Source: Gemmatimonadales bacterium
GTDB taxonomy: Bacteria; Gemmatimonadota; Gemmatimonadetes; Gemmatimonadales; GWC2-71-9
Reading direction: 5' to 3'
Assembly: GCA_041615815.1 (NCBI GenBank)
Contig: JBFJCP010000003.1
Span: 1-64,000, forward strand
DNA: 64,000 bases
Shown here one piece after another: positions 30,288-40,092 of this stretch. How positions within the stretch are numbered: position 1 is the stretch's first letter; each line of letters opens with the position of its first letter. Under the pieces are notes generated by a model. It saw only the letters and a program-made list of their open reading frames with translations. It did not search any database and had not been told where the DNA came from. The position numbers were made by a program, and so were the translations under genes.

Positions 30288-30305
30288 ACGATCCCCGTGG
30301 CGGTC

Positions 30306-31928
30306 TCAGGGACTACGGCTGAGTTCCGATTCTCGACCCGCGAGTTGCAGTAACTCCAGCGGGGTGCGCGCCTGCTCGAGCAGGGTGATCGCCCGCTGGA
30401 TCTGCCCGTCGTCCCGAATGCGGCGCCGATTTTCGGCCTCACGGCCAAAGACGTACCGCTCCACTTCGTAGGCAAACTGCTGGCGCACCAGGTCCTGCGC
30501 CCCGGCCCACACCTCGGAAGGCATCGTAACACCGCGGTCACGCAGCCGACGGAGCAGCTCCGCCTGCATCGCACTCGTGACCTGGAAGCCTGTTTGGTTC
30601 ACCGATGCGTCCGCCTTCAACTCGAGCGCCAACGTGGTCATGATGTCGCGATAGCGGGGGAGGTTCGACCCCAGGGTGCGGACGAACGCCTGCTCCTTGT
30701 CCGTGAGCGTATCATTCCGTACGACGAGGTCGGGATGAATCCCGCCGCCACCGATCAAGATCCGACCGGAATCCGTTCGGTACGTCTCGGTGGAATCGAC
30801 GCTGGGCTCCGCCATCTCGTCGTCATCCAGCGCCGCCAACGGCACGCCGTTTTGGTCTTCCCGGATCCGTTCGATAGTTCGACCGCTCGGCGTGTACCAC
30901 CGGGCGGTGGTCAAGCGAAGCGCCTCCGAGGCACTCAATCGGAACACAGTCTGGACCAGGCCTTTTCCGAACGTGGGCGTACCCACCACGAGCGCCCGGT
31001 CGTGATCTTGCAGCGCGCCGGCAATGATCTCAGCCGCGCTTGCCGTCCCGCCGTTGACGAGCACCACGATGGGCATGTCCGGCCACGGCTGGTCCCGCCG
31101 GGCAGCGTACGAGCGCGTGCTCCCGCGGGCCCGACCACGCGTGGACACCACGGTTTGTCCAGCCTCGAGGAAGAGATCCGAGACGGCCACACCCTCGTCG
31201 AGCAACCCACCCGGGTTGTTGCGCAGATCCAGGATCAGTGAGTGCGCCCCCGCCGTCCGAAGCCGCGAGATCTCCTCGCGCAGTTCGTCGGCGAGCGCCT
31301 CACTGATGCTGGAGTAGACCAAGGAGAGATACCCCACACCACCATCCAACAGGGTAGCCAACTGGATGGCCTTCACATGAATGAGCGCCCGCTTGATCCT
31401 GTAGTCCAAGGGATCGGAAATCCCGGGACGCATGACGGTGATCCGGACCTGTGAGCCCGGTTCGCCTCGCAGTTCGGACACGGCTTTATCGTTCTTCCAT
31501 CCGAACGTGGATCTACCGTCCACGCCAACGATCCGATCGCCCGTCTCGAGGCCTGCTTCTTCAGCGGGCGTTCCGGCAATGGGCGCAATCACGGTGATCC
31601 ATCCGTCCCGCACCTCGATGCGGATCCCGAGCCCGCCGTAGTTGCCCGTCGTACTCTCGGTCAGCTCGCGATACTGTTCGGCGCGCAGGAAGGAGGCGTA
31701 AGGATCGGCCAGCTCGTTGAGCAGTCCGTCGATCGCCATGTTGTACAGCTCGGCCTCACCGACGGAGTCGACGTAGTAGTCGGAGACGTAACCTACGATG
31801 TCGTCGAACAGCCGAGCTTGTTCATAGACGCTGCCGGCCCGCGCCGTGCCGCGCTGAAGTAACCACCCGCCGGACATGAACGAGACCGTCCCGACGAGCG
31901 CGAGCAACAAGAGACGCTGACCTTTCAT
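30306..31928 (-). CDS. S41 C-terminal processing peptidase (PDZ)
   Basis: DPY, GLGI, LDLRNNPGG, TASAAEIIAGALQDH, TFGKG. Confidence 0.92.
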   Translation of the reverse strand: MKGQRLLLLALVGTVSFMSGGWLLQRGTARAGSVYEQARLFDDIVGYVSDYYVDSVGEAELYNMAIDGLLNELADPYASFLRAEQYRELTESTTGNYGGLGIRIEVRDGWITVIAPIAGTPAEEAGLETGDRIVGVDGRSTFGWKNDKAVSELRGEPGSQVRITVMRPGISDPLDYRIKRALIHVKAIQLATLLDGGVGYLSLVYSSISEALADELREEISRLRTAGAHSLILDLRNNPGGLLDEGVAVSDLFLEAGQTVVSTRGRARGSTRSYAARRDQPWPDMPIVVLVNGGTASAAEIIAGALQDHDRALVVGTPTFGKGLVQTVFRLSASEALRLTTARWYTPSGRTIERIREDQNGVPLAALDDDEMAEPSVDSTETYRTDSGRILIGGGGIHPDLVVRNDTLTDKEQAFVRTLGSNLPRYRDIMTTLALELKADASVNQTGFQVTSAMQAELLRRLRDRGVTMPSEVWAGAQDLVRQQFAYEVERYVFGREAENRRRIRDDGQIQRAITLLEQARTPLELLQLAGRESELSRSP

Positions 31929-31970
31929 CGATTGCCTCCGACCAAGGGGGTCGTTTCTACCGTTTGTTCT

Positions 31971-32612
31971 TCAACCCGTTATGCGGGGAAAGGTTTCCCG
32001 CATTCGAGCCTGTACGACGTGCCATGCATCGCGTTCGACATCGTCCGTTGGCTGGGTGGCGTCCAAATGCACGATGTCGGGACCATCGACGGCGGCAAAC
32101 CACCGCGCCACCCGCTCGTGGAGCGCCCGATCCTCCCGCTCCATGCGATCCAACGGCTTGGCCTGCGCGGCCTGCCGCTGGATCCCCACCCGAGCGGGCG
32201 CGTCCAGCACCAGCGTGAGATGGGGGCGCAGGCCACCGGTGGCCAACGCATTAGCGGCGATCACGGCATCGCGCGGTAGTCCGCGTCCCTCGACTTGATA
32301 CGCCATGGTCGACAGATCATATCGATCGCTCAGGACGACCATGCCCGCTTCGAGCGCCGGCCGAATCACCTTTGCCACCAAATCCGCACGAGCTGCCAGA
32401 ATCAAGAACAGCTCGGCGAGCGGGCTGGCCTCCAGCGTCGGGTCGAACGCCGCCCGCCGAGCTAGCTCTGCAACAGGCGTGCCTCCCGGCTCTCGGACGG
32501 CTTCCACCGAGCGACCGGCGTCCCGCAGCCGCGCGGCCAGGCGACTGACCAGCGTCGTCTTGCCCACTCCATCAGGACCCTCAACGACAATGAACACGCC
32601 GGTCACGAGCAC
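31971..32612 (-). CDS. tmk: dTMP kinase
   Basis: EGPDGVGKTT, REPGG, DRY..ST.AYQ. Confidence 0.93.
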   Translation of the reverse strand: MLVTGVFIVVEGPDGVGKTTLVSRLAARLRDAGRSVEAVREPGGTPVAELARRAAFDPTLEASPLAELFLILAARADLVAKVIRPALEAGMVVLSDRYDLSTMAYQVEGRGLPRDAVIAANALATGGLRPHLTLVLDAPARVGIQRQAAQAKPLDRMEREDRALHERVARWFAAVDGPDIVHLDATQPTDDVERDAWHVVQARMRETFPRITG

Positions 32613-32616
32613 CGAA

Positions 32617-32970
32617 TCAACTGAGAGTGATGATCGGACTCGATGCTCCCTTCTTGAGACCCTCCATGATCTGCTGATTCACCCGCATCATCATTTTGTC
32701 GAAGTTGGCTTGCGCCGCTACTAGACCCTGATATTGAGGATCGCCCTGAATCTGACCAATCATGCGCTCGTACTCTTGCGCATCGGCCTCCGAAGGCTCG
32801 GTCCCCTGTTGCGCCCCCCGTTCGAACGACTCCACCAGTCGCTGCAGCCGGGTGAGCTGCTCGTTCAACTCGGGCGTTTCCTCCAGCCGCTGCCGAGCCC
32901 GCTGCAGCGCTTTGTACTCGTCACTCTGCCCCAGCAATCTCCCAAGCTCCTGTGCCTTTTCTGCAATCAC
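32617..32970 (-). CDS. YlbF/YmcA-like helical regulator
   Basis: GTGA overlap with prmC; EKAQELG..SDEYK..coiled coil..AQ. Confidence 0.7.
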   Translation of the reverse strand: MIAEKAQELGRLLGQSDEYKALQRARQRLEETPELNEQLTRLQRLVESFERGAQQGTEPSEADAQEYERMIGQIQGDPQYQGLVAAQANFDKMMMRVNQQIMEGLKKGASSPIITLS

Positions 32971-33851
32971 AACACCTCGCTCCTCGTGGCAAACAGATAT
33001 CGTGGACGACCAAACACATCGTCGTGGACCTGGACCTCCCCCCAACCACCCAGCTGCTCCGCGAGCGCCAGCACCGCCCCGGCGCGCCTGGAATCTACTT
33101 CCAGTGCCAGGAGACCGCCCCCAACCAGACAAGCAGCGGCTCCTCGTACCAACGCCCGCAGGTGGGCCAGACCATCCACACCACCCACCAGCGCCGCCCG
33201 CGGCTCGTACCCCCGCACGGAAAGATCCAGTTGGTCGAACTCCGCCGCTGTGAGATATGGCGGGTTCGAGACGATCACATCGAACGCACCCGCGCGACGA
33301 ACCATCGTCAGCAGGTCCCCACATACCAGGGATACCGGAATCCGCGGCCCGATGCGCACCCGATTCATCGCCGCCACGGCTAGGGCTGGGCGACTCCGAT
33401 CTGTTGCCACGATCTCCGCCACGGTGGCACATTCCACCGCCAAGCTGAGTGCGATACAACCGCTTCCCGTGCCCACGTCGGCTACGCGCAGCGCGCGCCT
33501 CCCCACGCCGCGCTTGGAGATCCACGCCAACACCCCATCGACCAACCCCTCCGTCTCCGGCCGCGGGATCAGGACCCGGTGATCCACCACCAGGTCGAGG
33601 GTGCGAAAGGCCGCCGTTCCCGCGGCGTACGCCGCCGGCTCACCCCCGGCTCGCCGCTCCACCGCTGCCTGGAACCGATGGCGGTCCGCCGCAGCGACGG
33701 GGTGACTTTCCGCCAACCACACCTCACCCAGCGTCATCCCGGTCAGACCCACCCAGAGGCCAATGGCCTCCCGTCGGGCATGACGGACACCGGTAGCCGC
33801 CAAGGCGGCCGCGCCATCGCGAATCGTGGCTGCCACGCTGATCGCCGTCAC
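32967..33851 (-). CDS. prmC: Release-factor glutamine methyltransferase
   Basis: [24 protein letters not shown]. Confidence 0.95.
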   Translation of the reverse strand: MTAISVAATIRDGAAALAATGVRHARREAIGLWVGLTGMTLGEVWLAESHPVAAADRHRFQAAVERRAGGEPAAYAAGTAAFRTLDLVVDHRVLIPRPETEGLVDGVLAWISKRGVGRRALRVADVGTGSGCIALSLAVECATVAEIVATDRSRPALAVAAMNRVRIGPRIPVSLVCGDLLTMVRRAGAFDVIVSNPPYLTAAEFDQLDLSVRGYEPRAALVGGVDGLAHLRALVRGAAACLVGGGLLALEVDSRRAGAVLALAEQLGGWGEVQVHDDVFGRPRYLFATRSEVL

Positions 33852-34909
33852 GCCACTTCCGCCCGCTCCCCGGCATGGGCCGCGTGGAGCGCGTCGATGA
33901 TCTCGTCCAGATTCCCCGCCAGCACGTCCTCCAACTGGTGCGTCGTGAAGTTGATGCGGTGGTCGGTCACCCGATTCTGGGGGAAGTTGTAGGTCCGGAT
34001 CTTGGCAGACCGATCACCCGTCCCGACCATCGCCCGTCGCTCACGGGCCCGCGCGGCTTCCTGTTCGGCGATGCGTCGGTCCAGCAGGCGCGCCCGGAGA
34101 ACCTCCATCGCCTTCACCTTGTTCTGGAGTTGAGATTTTTGGTCCTGACAAGACACCACGAGACCCGTGGGGAGGTGGGTGAGGCGGACGGCGCTGTCCG
34201 TGGTATTCACACTCTGACCCCCCGGGCCCGAGGATCGAAACACATCGACTTTGAGGTCCTTCTCGTCAATCTGCACGTCCACCTCTTCCGCCTCGGGTAA
34301 CACGGCCACCGTCGCAGCGGAGGTGTGGATCCGCCCCTGCGCCTCCGTGGTGGGGACTCGCTGCACTCGGTGGACCCCCGATTCGTGACGCAACCGACCG
34401 TAGACCTCCGCTCCCGAGACCTTGAAGGTGGCCTCCTTCACACCGCCCACGTTGCCTTCGGAGAGCGTGACGACCTCAACCCGCCAGCCACGCCGCTCGG
34501 CGTAGCGGGTATACATCCTGAAGAGATCCGCGGCGAACAGGGCGGCTTCGTCGCCTCCGGTCCCGGCCCGGATCTCGACGATCGTATCACGGTCATCTAA
34601 CGGATCCGGCGGGATGAGGAGTCGGAAGAGCTCGGCGTCCATCGTCTCGAGGTCGGGTACCAATCGGTCCACATCGGCTTGGGCCAGCTCGGCGATCGCC
34701 GGATCGGCGTCGTGCAGCAGTTCGCGCGCCCCCGCGAGCTCACGCCGGGCCCTGTCACGACCGTCGGCCACTCGGCGGATACGCTCGAGGCGAGCGTACT
34801 CCCGCCCCAGGGCCTCCAGTTTCTTGGGATCCTGCGCCGTAGCTGGATCGGCCAGCGCCCGCTCGACCTCGCGGGCCCGCGCAAGCGCGGCTTCAAGCCG
34901 CGCCTGCAT
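33848..34909 (-). CDS. prfA: Peptide chain release factor 1
   Basis: [15 protein letters not shown] (PxT), GPGGQ, IRTYNFP. Confidence 0.96.
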   Translation of the reverse strand: MQARLEAALARAREVERALADPATAQDPKKLEALGREYARLERIRRVADGRDRARRELAGARELLHDADPAIAELAQADVDRLVPDLETMDAELFRLLIPPDPLDDRDTIVEIRAGTGGDEAALFAADLFRMYTRYAERRGWRVEVVTLSEGNVGGVKEATFKVSGAEVYGRLRHESGVHRVQRVPTTEAQGRIHTSAATVAVLPEAEEVDVQIDEKDLKVDVFRSSGPGGQSVNTTDSAVRLTHLPTGLVVSCQDQKSQLQNKVKAMEVLRARLLDRRIAEQEAARARERRAMVGTGDRSAKIRTYNFPQNRVTDHRINFTTHQLEDVLAGNLDEIIDALHAAHAGERAEVA

Positions 34910-34912
34910 GGG

Positions 34913-35134
34913 TTAGCTCTCCTGTTTGGCGCCGGCGGTGGCTTCGTAGCGCTGGCGGAACCGCTCCACGCGCCCTGCAGTGTCCACGAGCTTCTGCTTG
35001 CCCGTGAAGAACGGATGGCAGCGCGAACAGATCTCGACGTGGATGGAAGGCTGCGTCGAGCGCGTCTCGAAGGTATTCCCGCAGGCGCACTGGATGACGG
35101 CGCGCTGATAGGTGGGATGAATGCCTGATTTCAC
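34913..35134 (-). CDS. rpmE: 50S ribosomal protein L31 (C+ form)
   Basis: [27 protein letters not shown]. Confidence 0.96.
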   Translation of the reverse strand: MKSGIHPTYQRAVIQCACGNTFETRSTQPSIHVEICSRCHPFFTGKQKLVDTAGRVERFRQRYEATAGAKQES

Positions 35135-35261
35135 GAACTCCTCCGGAAGACTCTACTGCCCCTGCTGCCGTCGCCTGCCCCTGCCACCGATGATCGAGGG
35201 GCGGTTTTGGGGAGAGGAGCGGCAGAAGGGGCAGTGGTGAACTGTGTGCCCCAAGCGGCGA

Positions 35262-35291
35262 AATATAATCCCCACAGGCACTTGCGGACAA
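35262..35291 (-). promoter_or_regulatory. Candidate sigma-70 promoter of the rpmE operon
   Basis: TTGTCC-N18-TATATT on the minus strand. Confidence 0.45.
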
Positions 35292-35311
35292 GCGCCACCC
35301 GCCCTTACGAA

Positions 35312-35340
35312 TTGACACGATCCCCGCCGGACACTAAGCT
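35312..35340 (+). promoter_or_regulatory. Sigma-70-type promoter of the Crp gene
   Basis: TTGACA-N17-TAAGCT. Confidence 0.6.
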
Positions 35341-35377
35341 AGGCGCATCCAACGCGCTGGAGCACCGAGAGAGCCGC

Positions 35378-36049
35378 ATGGCCGTCGCCGAGACCCTGAA
35401 GCGGATTCCCCTCTTTTCGCACCTGGGTGATGACGAGATCAGCCGGGTCGGCCACGCCGTGCGGGAAAAGAGCTATCCCAAAAACAGCGTCATTCTGTTC
35501 GAAGACGACCCCGGGGACGCCTTGTACGTCGTGGTCACCGGCGAGGTCAAGGTGGTGCGAATCGGGGAAGACGGACGGGAAGTGATCCTTTCGATTCTCC
35601 GTTCGGGCGATTTCTTCGGAGAGATGTCGCTCATCGACGATCAACCGCGATCGGCCCACGTCATCGCGATGCAGGATGCCAACCTCCTGGTGCTGCGCCG
35701 GGAGGACTTTCAGCAGTGCCTCGCCGAGCTGCCGAGCATTGCCCTGGGCCTGCTCAAGGCACTGTCTCGCCGACTCCGCCGGGCCGATGACAAGATCGGT
35801 GAGCTGGTGCTGCTCGACGTCAACGGCAGAGTCTCCCGGGTCCTACTCGAGCTGGCCGACGAAAACGACGGCACGATCATTTCTCGAACGGTCACGCACC
35901 ACACGATCGCCCAGATGATCGGCTCCAGCCGCGAGACCGTCTCCCGCACGATTCGCGAGCTGGCAGACCGAGGACTGATCGAGGTCTCCCGCAAGACCAT
36001 CGCTATCCGAGACCGAGCAGCGTTGGAGGCGGTGGCTGGGCTCCAGTGA
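35378..36049 (+). CDS. Crp/Fnr-family regulator with cNMP-binding domain
   Basis: FFGEMSL..PRSA phosphate-binding cassette; IGSSRETVSR HTH. Confidence 0.92.
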   Translation: MAVAETLKRIPLFSHLGDDEISRVGHAVREKSYPKNSVILFEDDPGDALYVVVTGEVKVVRIGEDGREVILSILRSGDFFGEMSLIDDQPRSAHVIAMQDANLLVLRREDFQQCLAELPSIALGLLKALSRRLRRADDKIGELVLLDVNGRVSRVLLELADENDGTIISRTVTHHTIAQMIGSSRETVSRTIRELADRGLIEVSRKTIAIRDRAALEAVAGLQ

Positions 36050-36138
36050 GAGGGGGCACCGATGGGACGTGAGCGTGGTCCTATCCCCTGGTGGAGCCGG
36101 CCATCTACGTTCGGACGGCACGTGGCGAGTCACCGTCG

Positions 36139-37014
36139 ATGACCTGCAAGATCACCTTTTGGGGCACGCGGGGATCCATCCCCACTCCCGGGGCGCCCAC
36201 CGCCCGGTACGGCGGCAATACGCCCTGCGTCTCCGTCGAGCGCACCGACCTCGACAGCACCCGGTTGGTGATTCTCGATGGCGGCACGGGGATTCGTCCG
36301 CTCGGTCGCCGACTCATCGAACAGCCGGAGCGGGACGTCGCCGTCGATCTGCTATTGAGTCATACCCACTGGGACCACATCCAGGGTCTCCCCTTCTTCG
36401 CGCCGTTCTTTCAGGAGGGAAACACGGTCCACATCTGGGGAGCCAAACAGGGCGAGGTGGAGTTGGCGGCGATCCTCCGCCGCCAGATGGATCCGGTCGT
36501 GTTCCCAGTTCCCATCGAGGAAGTAGCGGCCACGCTCGAAGTGCAGCACGTGGGCGAAGGCGAGTTCGAGATCGACGGCTTCGCGGTGGAGGCGGCGCGG
36601 CTCCGGCATCCCGGCACCACCCTGGGCTATCGCCTGACCCCAAAGGGGGGCGACGCCAGTGTGGCGTACGTCACCGATAACGAGCTCGGATTTGGTGGCG
36701 ATTATGACGTGGGACCCGACTGGCATCGCGAGTTTCTCCGCTTCCTGAACGGCGTCACGGTGCTGATCCACGATGCCATGTTCACCCCCTCGGAGCTTGA
36801 GCACCATCGCGGGTGGGGACACAGCTCGTATGGCGAGGCCGTGAAACTCGCGGCCGAAGCCGGGGTAGGGCGTCTGGTGCTGTTCCATCACCTCCCGGAG
36901 CACGACGACGCGGCGATGGATTTACTGGTCGGAAAGGCCCAGGAGGTGGCCGCGGGAACCGATTTTGCGGTAGAGGTGCTGGCGGCAACTGAGGGTATGG
37001 AACTCTGGCTCTGA
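36139..37014 (+). CDS. MBL-fold metallohydrolase (putative phosphodiesterase)
   Basis: FWGTRGS, YGGNTPC, SHTHWDHIQG, HPG, TDNE, WGHS, LFHH. Confidence 0.85.
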   Translation: MTCKITFWGTRGSIPTPGAPTARYGGNTPCVSVERTDLDSTRLVILDGGTGIRPLGRRLIEQPERDVAVDLLLSHTHWDHIQGLPFFAPFFQEGNTVHIWGAKQGEVELAAILRRQMDPVVFPVPIEEVAATLEVQHVGEGEFEIDGFAVEAARLRHPGTTLGYRLTPKGGDASVAYVTDNELGFGGDYDVGPDWHREFLRFLNGVTVLIHDAMFTPSELEHHRGWGHSSYGEAVKLAAEAGVGRLVLFHHLPEHDDAAMDLLVGKAQEVAAGTDFAVEVLAATEGMELWL

Positions 37015-37024
37015 GATTGGAGAG

Positions 37025-37720
37025 ATGGTTATGCAGTGGCGCTCATTGATTGGAGTAGTGCTCCTGGTCGGGCTCGCGGCCCCAGCGGCGGCTCAGGACT
37101 CGCGCCCGGGAGTGGCCGTACTCCCCTTCGAGAACGGCGGGTCCTATGGTCAGGACAAAGAGGACTTCGACGCGCTCGAGGTCGGCATTCAGCAGATGCT
37201 ACTCACCGAATTCGCGGTGAACTCAGCGCTCCGCGTTGTGGAGCGGAGCCGTCTACGGGCCCTTATGGACGAACAGGACCTCGGATCCTCCGGCCGGGTG
37301 GACCAGGGAACTGCCGCGCGCCTCGGTCGCTTGGTCGGCGCCCGGTACATGGTGCTGGGCGGCTTCGTGGACTTCTACGGCGATCTCCGCATCGACGCGC
37401 GCGTGGTGAACGTGGAAACGGGCGAGATCGTCAAGAGCGAGCGGGTGCGCGACAAACGGGAGAATCTCTACGACAACATCGTCGATCTGGCACAGAAGGT
37501 CAGCCAGGGCCTGGATCTCCCACCCCTGTCGCGTCAGGCCATGGAGGAACGCAAGAAGCGAGAGGTCCCAGCCGAGGCGGTCCGGCTCTACGTGAAGGGA
37601 TTGCTCTATCAGGACCGGGGAGATAATGAGCGGGCAGCCGAGCTCTTCCAGCAGGCCGTGGCGGAGTACCCGTCCTACACTGAGGCCGAGGTGGCTCTCC
37701 GTCAGATTGGGAGCTCCTAG
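37025..37720 (+). CDS. Exported CsgG/HfaB/FlgO-like protein with C-terminal TPR
   Basis: Signal peptide, VAVLPFEN, VVERS..EQ, LG..VGA, ARVVNVETGEI. Confidence 0.75.
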   Translation: MVMQWRSLIGVVLLVGLAAPAAAQDSRPGVAVLPFENGGSYGQDKEDFDALEVGIQQMLLTEFAVNSALRVVERSRLRALMDEQDLGSSGRVDQGTAARLGRLVGARYMVLGGFVDFYGDLRIDARVVNVETGEIVKSERVRDKRENLYDNIVDLAQKVSQGLDLPPLSRQAMEERKKREVPAEAVRLYVKGLLYQDRGDNERAAELFQQAVAEYPSYTEAEVALRQIGSS

Positions 37721-37729
37721 GCGGTAGCG

Positions 37730-38512
37730 GTGGCCGCGTCGATCGCGGCCCTTGGCCGGCGAGCGACCGACGCCGTCGCCTGGGTGGGCGCCCTCGCCCG
37801 ATTTTGCGTGCGCACGCTGGCCGCCGCGCGCGCGCTCCCCAGGGCCGGGCGCCGTGTCACCACACGCATCCTTCTGGATCAGGTGCGGTTCACGGCGCTC
37901 CAGGCCGTCCCGCTGATCATCCTCTTGTCCGGCATCCTCAGCTTTCTCCTCATCTCACAGGCGGTACGCGAGCTCGGGCGGTTGGGCGCGACCGAGCTCA
38001 TCGGCCGTCTCATGGTGATCGCGATCGTCCGTGAGTTGGGTCCCCTCCTGACCGCACTGGCCGTGGCCGGCCGCTCGGGCACGGCCATCGCTGCGGAGCT
38101 CGCCACCAATAAAGCGCTCGGTGAGGTCCATGCCCTCGAGGGCATGGGCATAGACCCGGTGCAATACCTCGTCCTCCCTCGGCTCGGCGGGGCCATCGTC
38201 TCCGTGCTCGGGCTGGTGGTGCTGTTCGATCTCGTCGCCATCGGCGCCGGGTTCTTAGCGGCCCTTGCCAACGGCATGAGTGGCGCCCGGTACGCCGAGA
38301 TTGTGACGGACAGCCTGAGCTTCCGCGACGTCTGGCTCACCCCGGCCAAGGGGCTGGCCTTCGGCATGATCATCGGGCTGGTTCCGAGCTTCCACGGACT
38401 CACCGTCGGCGGTCGGCCCACAACGGTACCGATTGCATCGAGCCAAGCCGTGGTCGCGAGCATCGTGGCCATCTTCCTCTGCGCCGGCCTTTTCGTCCTC
38501 GTGCTCTTGTGA
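37730..38512 (+). CDS. MlaE-family ABC permease
   Basis: RELGPLLTALAVAGRSGTAIAAEL, ALEGMGIDPVQYLVLPR. Confidence 0.9.
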   Translation: MAASIAALGRRATDAVAWVGALARFCVRTLAAARALPRAGRRVTTRILLDQVRFTALQAVPLIILLSGILSFLLISQAVRELGRLGATELIGRLMVIAIVRELGPLLTALAVAGRSGTAIAAELATNKALGEVHALEGMGIDPVQYLVLPRLGGAIVSVLGLVVLFDLVAIGAGFLAALANGMSGARYAEIVTDSLSFRDVWLTPAKGLAFGMIIGLVPSFHGLTVGGRPTTVPIASSQAVVASIVAIFLCAGLFVLVLL

Positions 38513-39186
38513 ACGAGCATCCTCTCCGCTTCGAAGACATCGTGCTCCCCGGCTGGCCGGACGCACCGATGGCGCTCGATGTCACGGCGCACCAGGCCGT
38601 CGCCGTCCTGGGATCCGACGCCTCCGGAGTGGATCAGCTCGCCGCCTACGCCCTGGCCTTGCAGGCTCCACCGGCCGGCCGGGTGCTGGTGCACGGACGG
38701 GATCTCGCCACCCTGCCCTACCGGGAGGCGCTCGCGGCACGCCGCGCCGTGGGATATCTCCCGGCTGACGACGGCCTTCTGCATAACCTCACGCTCTCGG
38801 AGAACGTCGCCCTCCCTCTCAGGTTCGGCAGCCGGCTCACCGAGACCCAGATCCGCAGCCGTGTTGGCGTGATCCTCGCACAGCTCCGGTTGGCGGACGT
38901 GGGGGTGCGGCGGCCTGCGGACGCCACGGGCGAGCAGCGCCGCCGGGCCGCACTGGCGCGGGCCCTCGCCTTCGACCCCGATCTGGTGCTGCTCGAACAC
39001 CCCTTCGACGGTCTCACGGACCGAGATGCCGCTGAGCTTCTGGAACTTGCGCGGGGTGGCGAATCGGCCGCAGGTTCGAGGCGCACCGTGTTCATCATCG
39101 GGCCGTACCTTCCGCCGTCGCTCCGGGCTCGCGTGGAATCGCGCTTCCGGCTGCATCGAGGCCGGCTCGAGTCCGAGGAGGGATAG
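38509..39186 (+). CDS. MlaF-like ABC nucleotide-binding protein with degenerate motifs
   Basis: Fold cues (ENVALPL, ALARALAFDP) but Walker A GSDASGVD, signature ATGEQ, Walker B LLEH. Confidence 0.8.
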   Translation: MNEHPLRFEDIVLPGWPDAPMALDVTAHQAVAVLGSDASGVDQLAAYALALQAPPAGRVLVHGRDLATLPYREALAARRAVGYLPADDGLLHNLTLSENVALPLRFGSRLTETQIRSRVGVILAQLRLADVGVRRPADATGEQRRRAALARALAFDPDLVLLEHPFDGLTDRDAAELLELARGGESAAGSRRTVFIIGPYLPPSLRARVESRFRLHRGRLESEEG

Positions 39187-39195
39187 CGTCAGCTC

Positions 39196-40092
39196 GTGGA
39201 CCTTCGTGGCTCGGATTTCCTGGTAGGATTGTTCGTGCTGGCCACGATCGGCGTCATTGTGGGCGCCATCATCGTGACCAGTGGCTTGGGCGTTCCCCGT
39301 TACGACCTCTATATGCGCGCCGCATCGGCGAACGATCTCACGCAGGATACGCGGGTCCTCCTCCAGGGGTTGCCGGTGGGACGCGTGCGGGCGATCTACC
39401 CCGCGGTGGATACGTTGAGCGGGCAAATGGCGGTGCTGGCAAAGCTCTCCATCGAGCGCCGATTCCGCGATGGCACGGAGCTCAGCCTGCCGTCCGGCAC
39501 CCGGGCCGTCATCGTGCAGCGCAACCCCATTGCCTCACCGGTGGTGGAGTTGGTGTTGCCCAACCGGCCCCCAGGGGCGCTGCTCCAACCCAACGACACG
39601 ATCGACTCCGACCGGCCAGCCAGCGTCATCGATGTCATGAGCGAGATGGCACTCGAGCTGAGAACCGAGCTCACGGCGACGCTCCAGGAGACCCGCACGC
39701 TGCTGACCCGCTCAACCACCGCGGTCGAGCAAACCAACGCAGTGCTCACGAGCGTCGGGCCGCCGCTGCAGGACGCGCTGCAGAATCTCGCGAGTGCGCT
39801 CGACCGCACGGACCAGCTCCTCGCCGACCTCGGGCCGCGAGTAGTCGACTTGAGCGACAGCGTGGCCGTCGCGCTCGCCGATGCGCGGCACATTCTTCAC
39901 ACGCTCGATAGTCTCACGCTCTTGGGACAACAAATGGCCAGCGAGAACCGCGACGCCATTCGAAACCTCGTGGATCACCTCCATCGGTCGGCGGCGGTCT
40001 TGGAGCACTTCACGGACAAGGTGAGCCGCCGCCCGCTGCGTCTGTTTACCGGCGTTACCCCACCACCTGATACAATGGATCTCCATCCGTGA
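39196..40092 (+). CDS. MlaD/MCE-domain protein with helical tail
   Basis: VGLFV TM, L..DT.V.LQGL.VGRV MCE motif, coiled coil. Confidence 0.85.
   Translation: MDLRGSDFLVGLFVLATIGVIVGAIIVTSGLGVPRYDLYMRAASANDLTQDTRVLLQGLPVGRVRAIYPAVDTLSGQMAVLAKLSIERRFRDGTELSLPSGTRAVIVQRNPIASPVVELVLPNRPPGALLQPNDTIDSDRPASVIDVMSEMALELRTELTATLQETRTLLTRSTTAVEQTNAVLTSVGPPLQDALQNLASALDRTDQLLADLGPRVVDLSDSVAVALADARHILHTLDSLTLLGQQMASENRDAIRNLVDHLHRSAAVLEHFTDKVSRRPLRLFTGVTPPPDTMDLHP

Noticed and set aside
30007..30322. Small ORFs in the lolA-S41 gap
   Set aside because: Arg/Pro/Gly-rich non-protein-like translations with no SD
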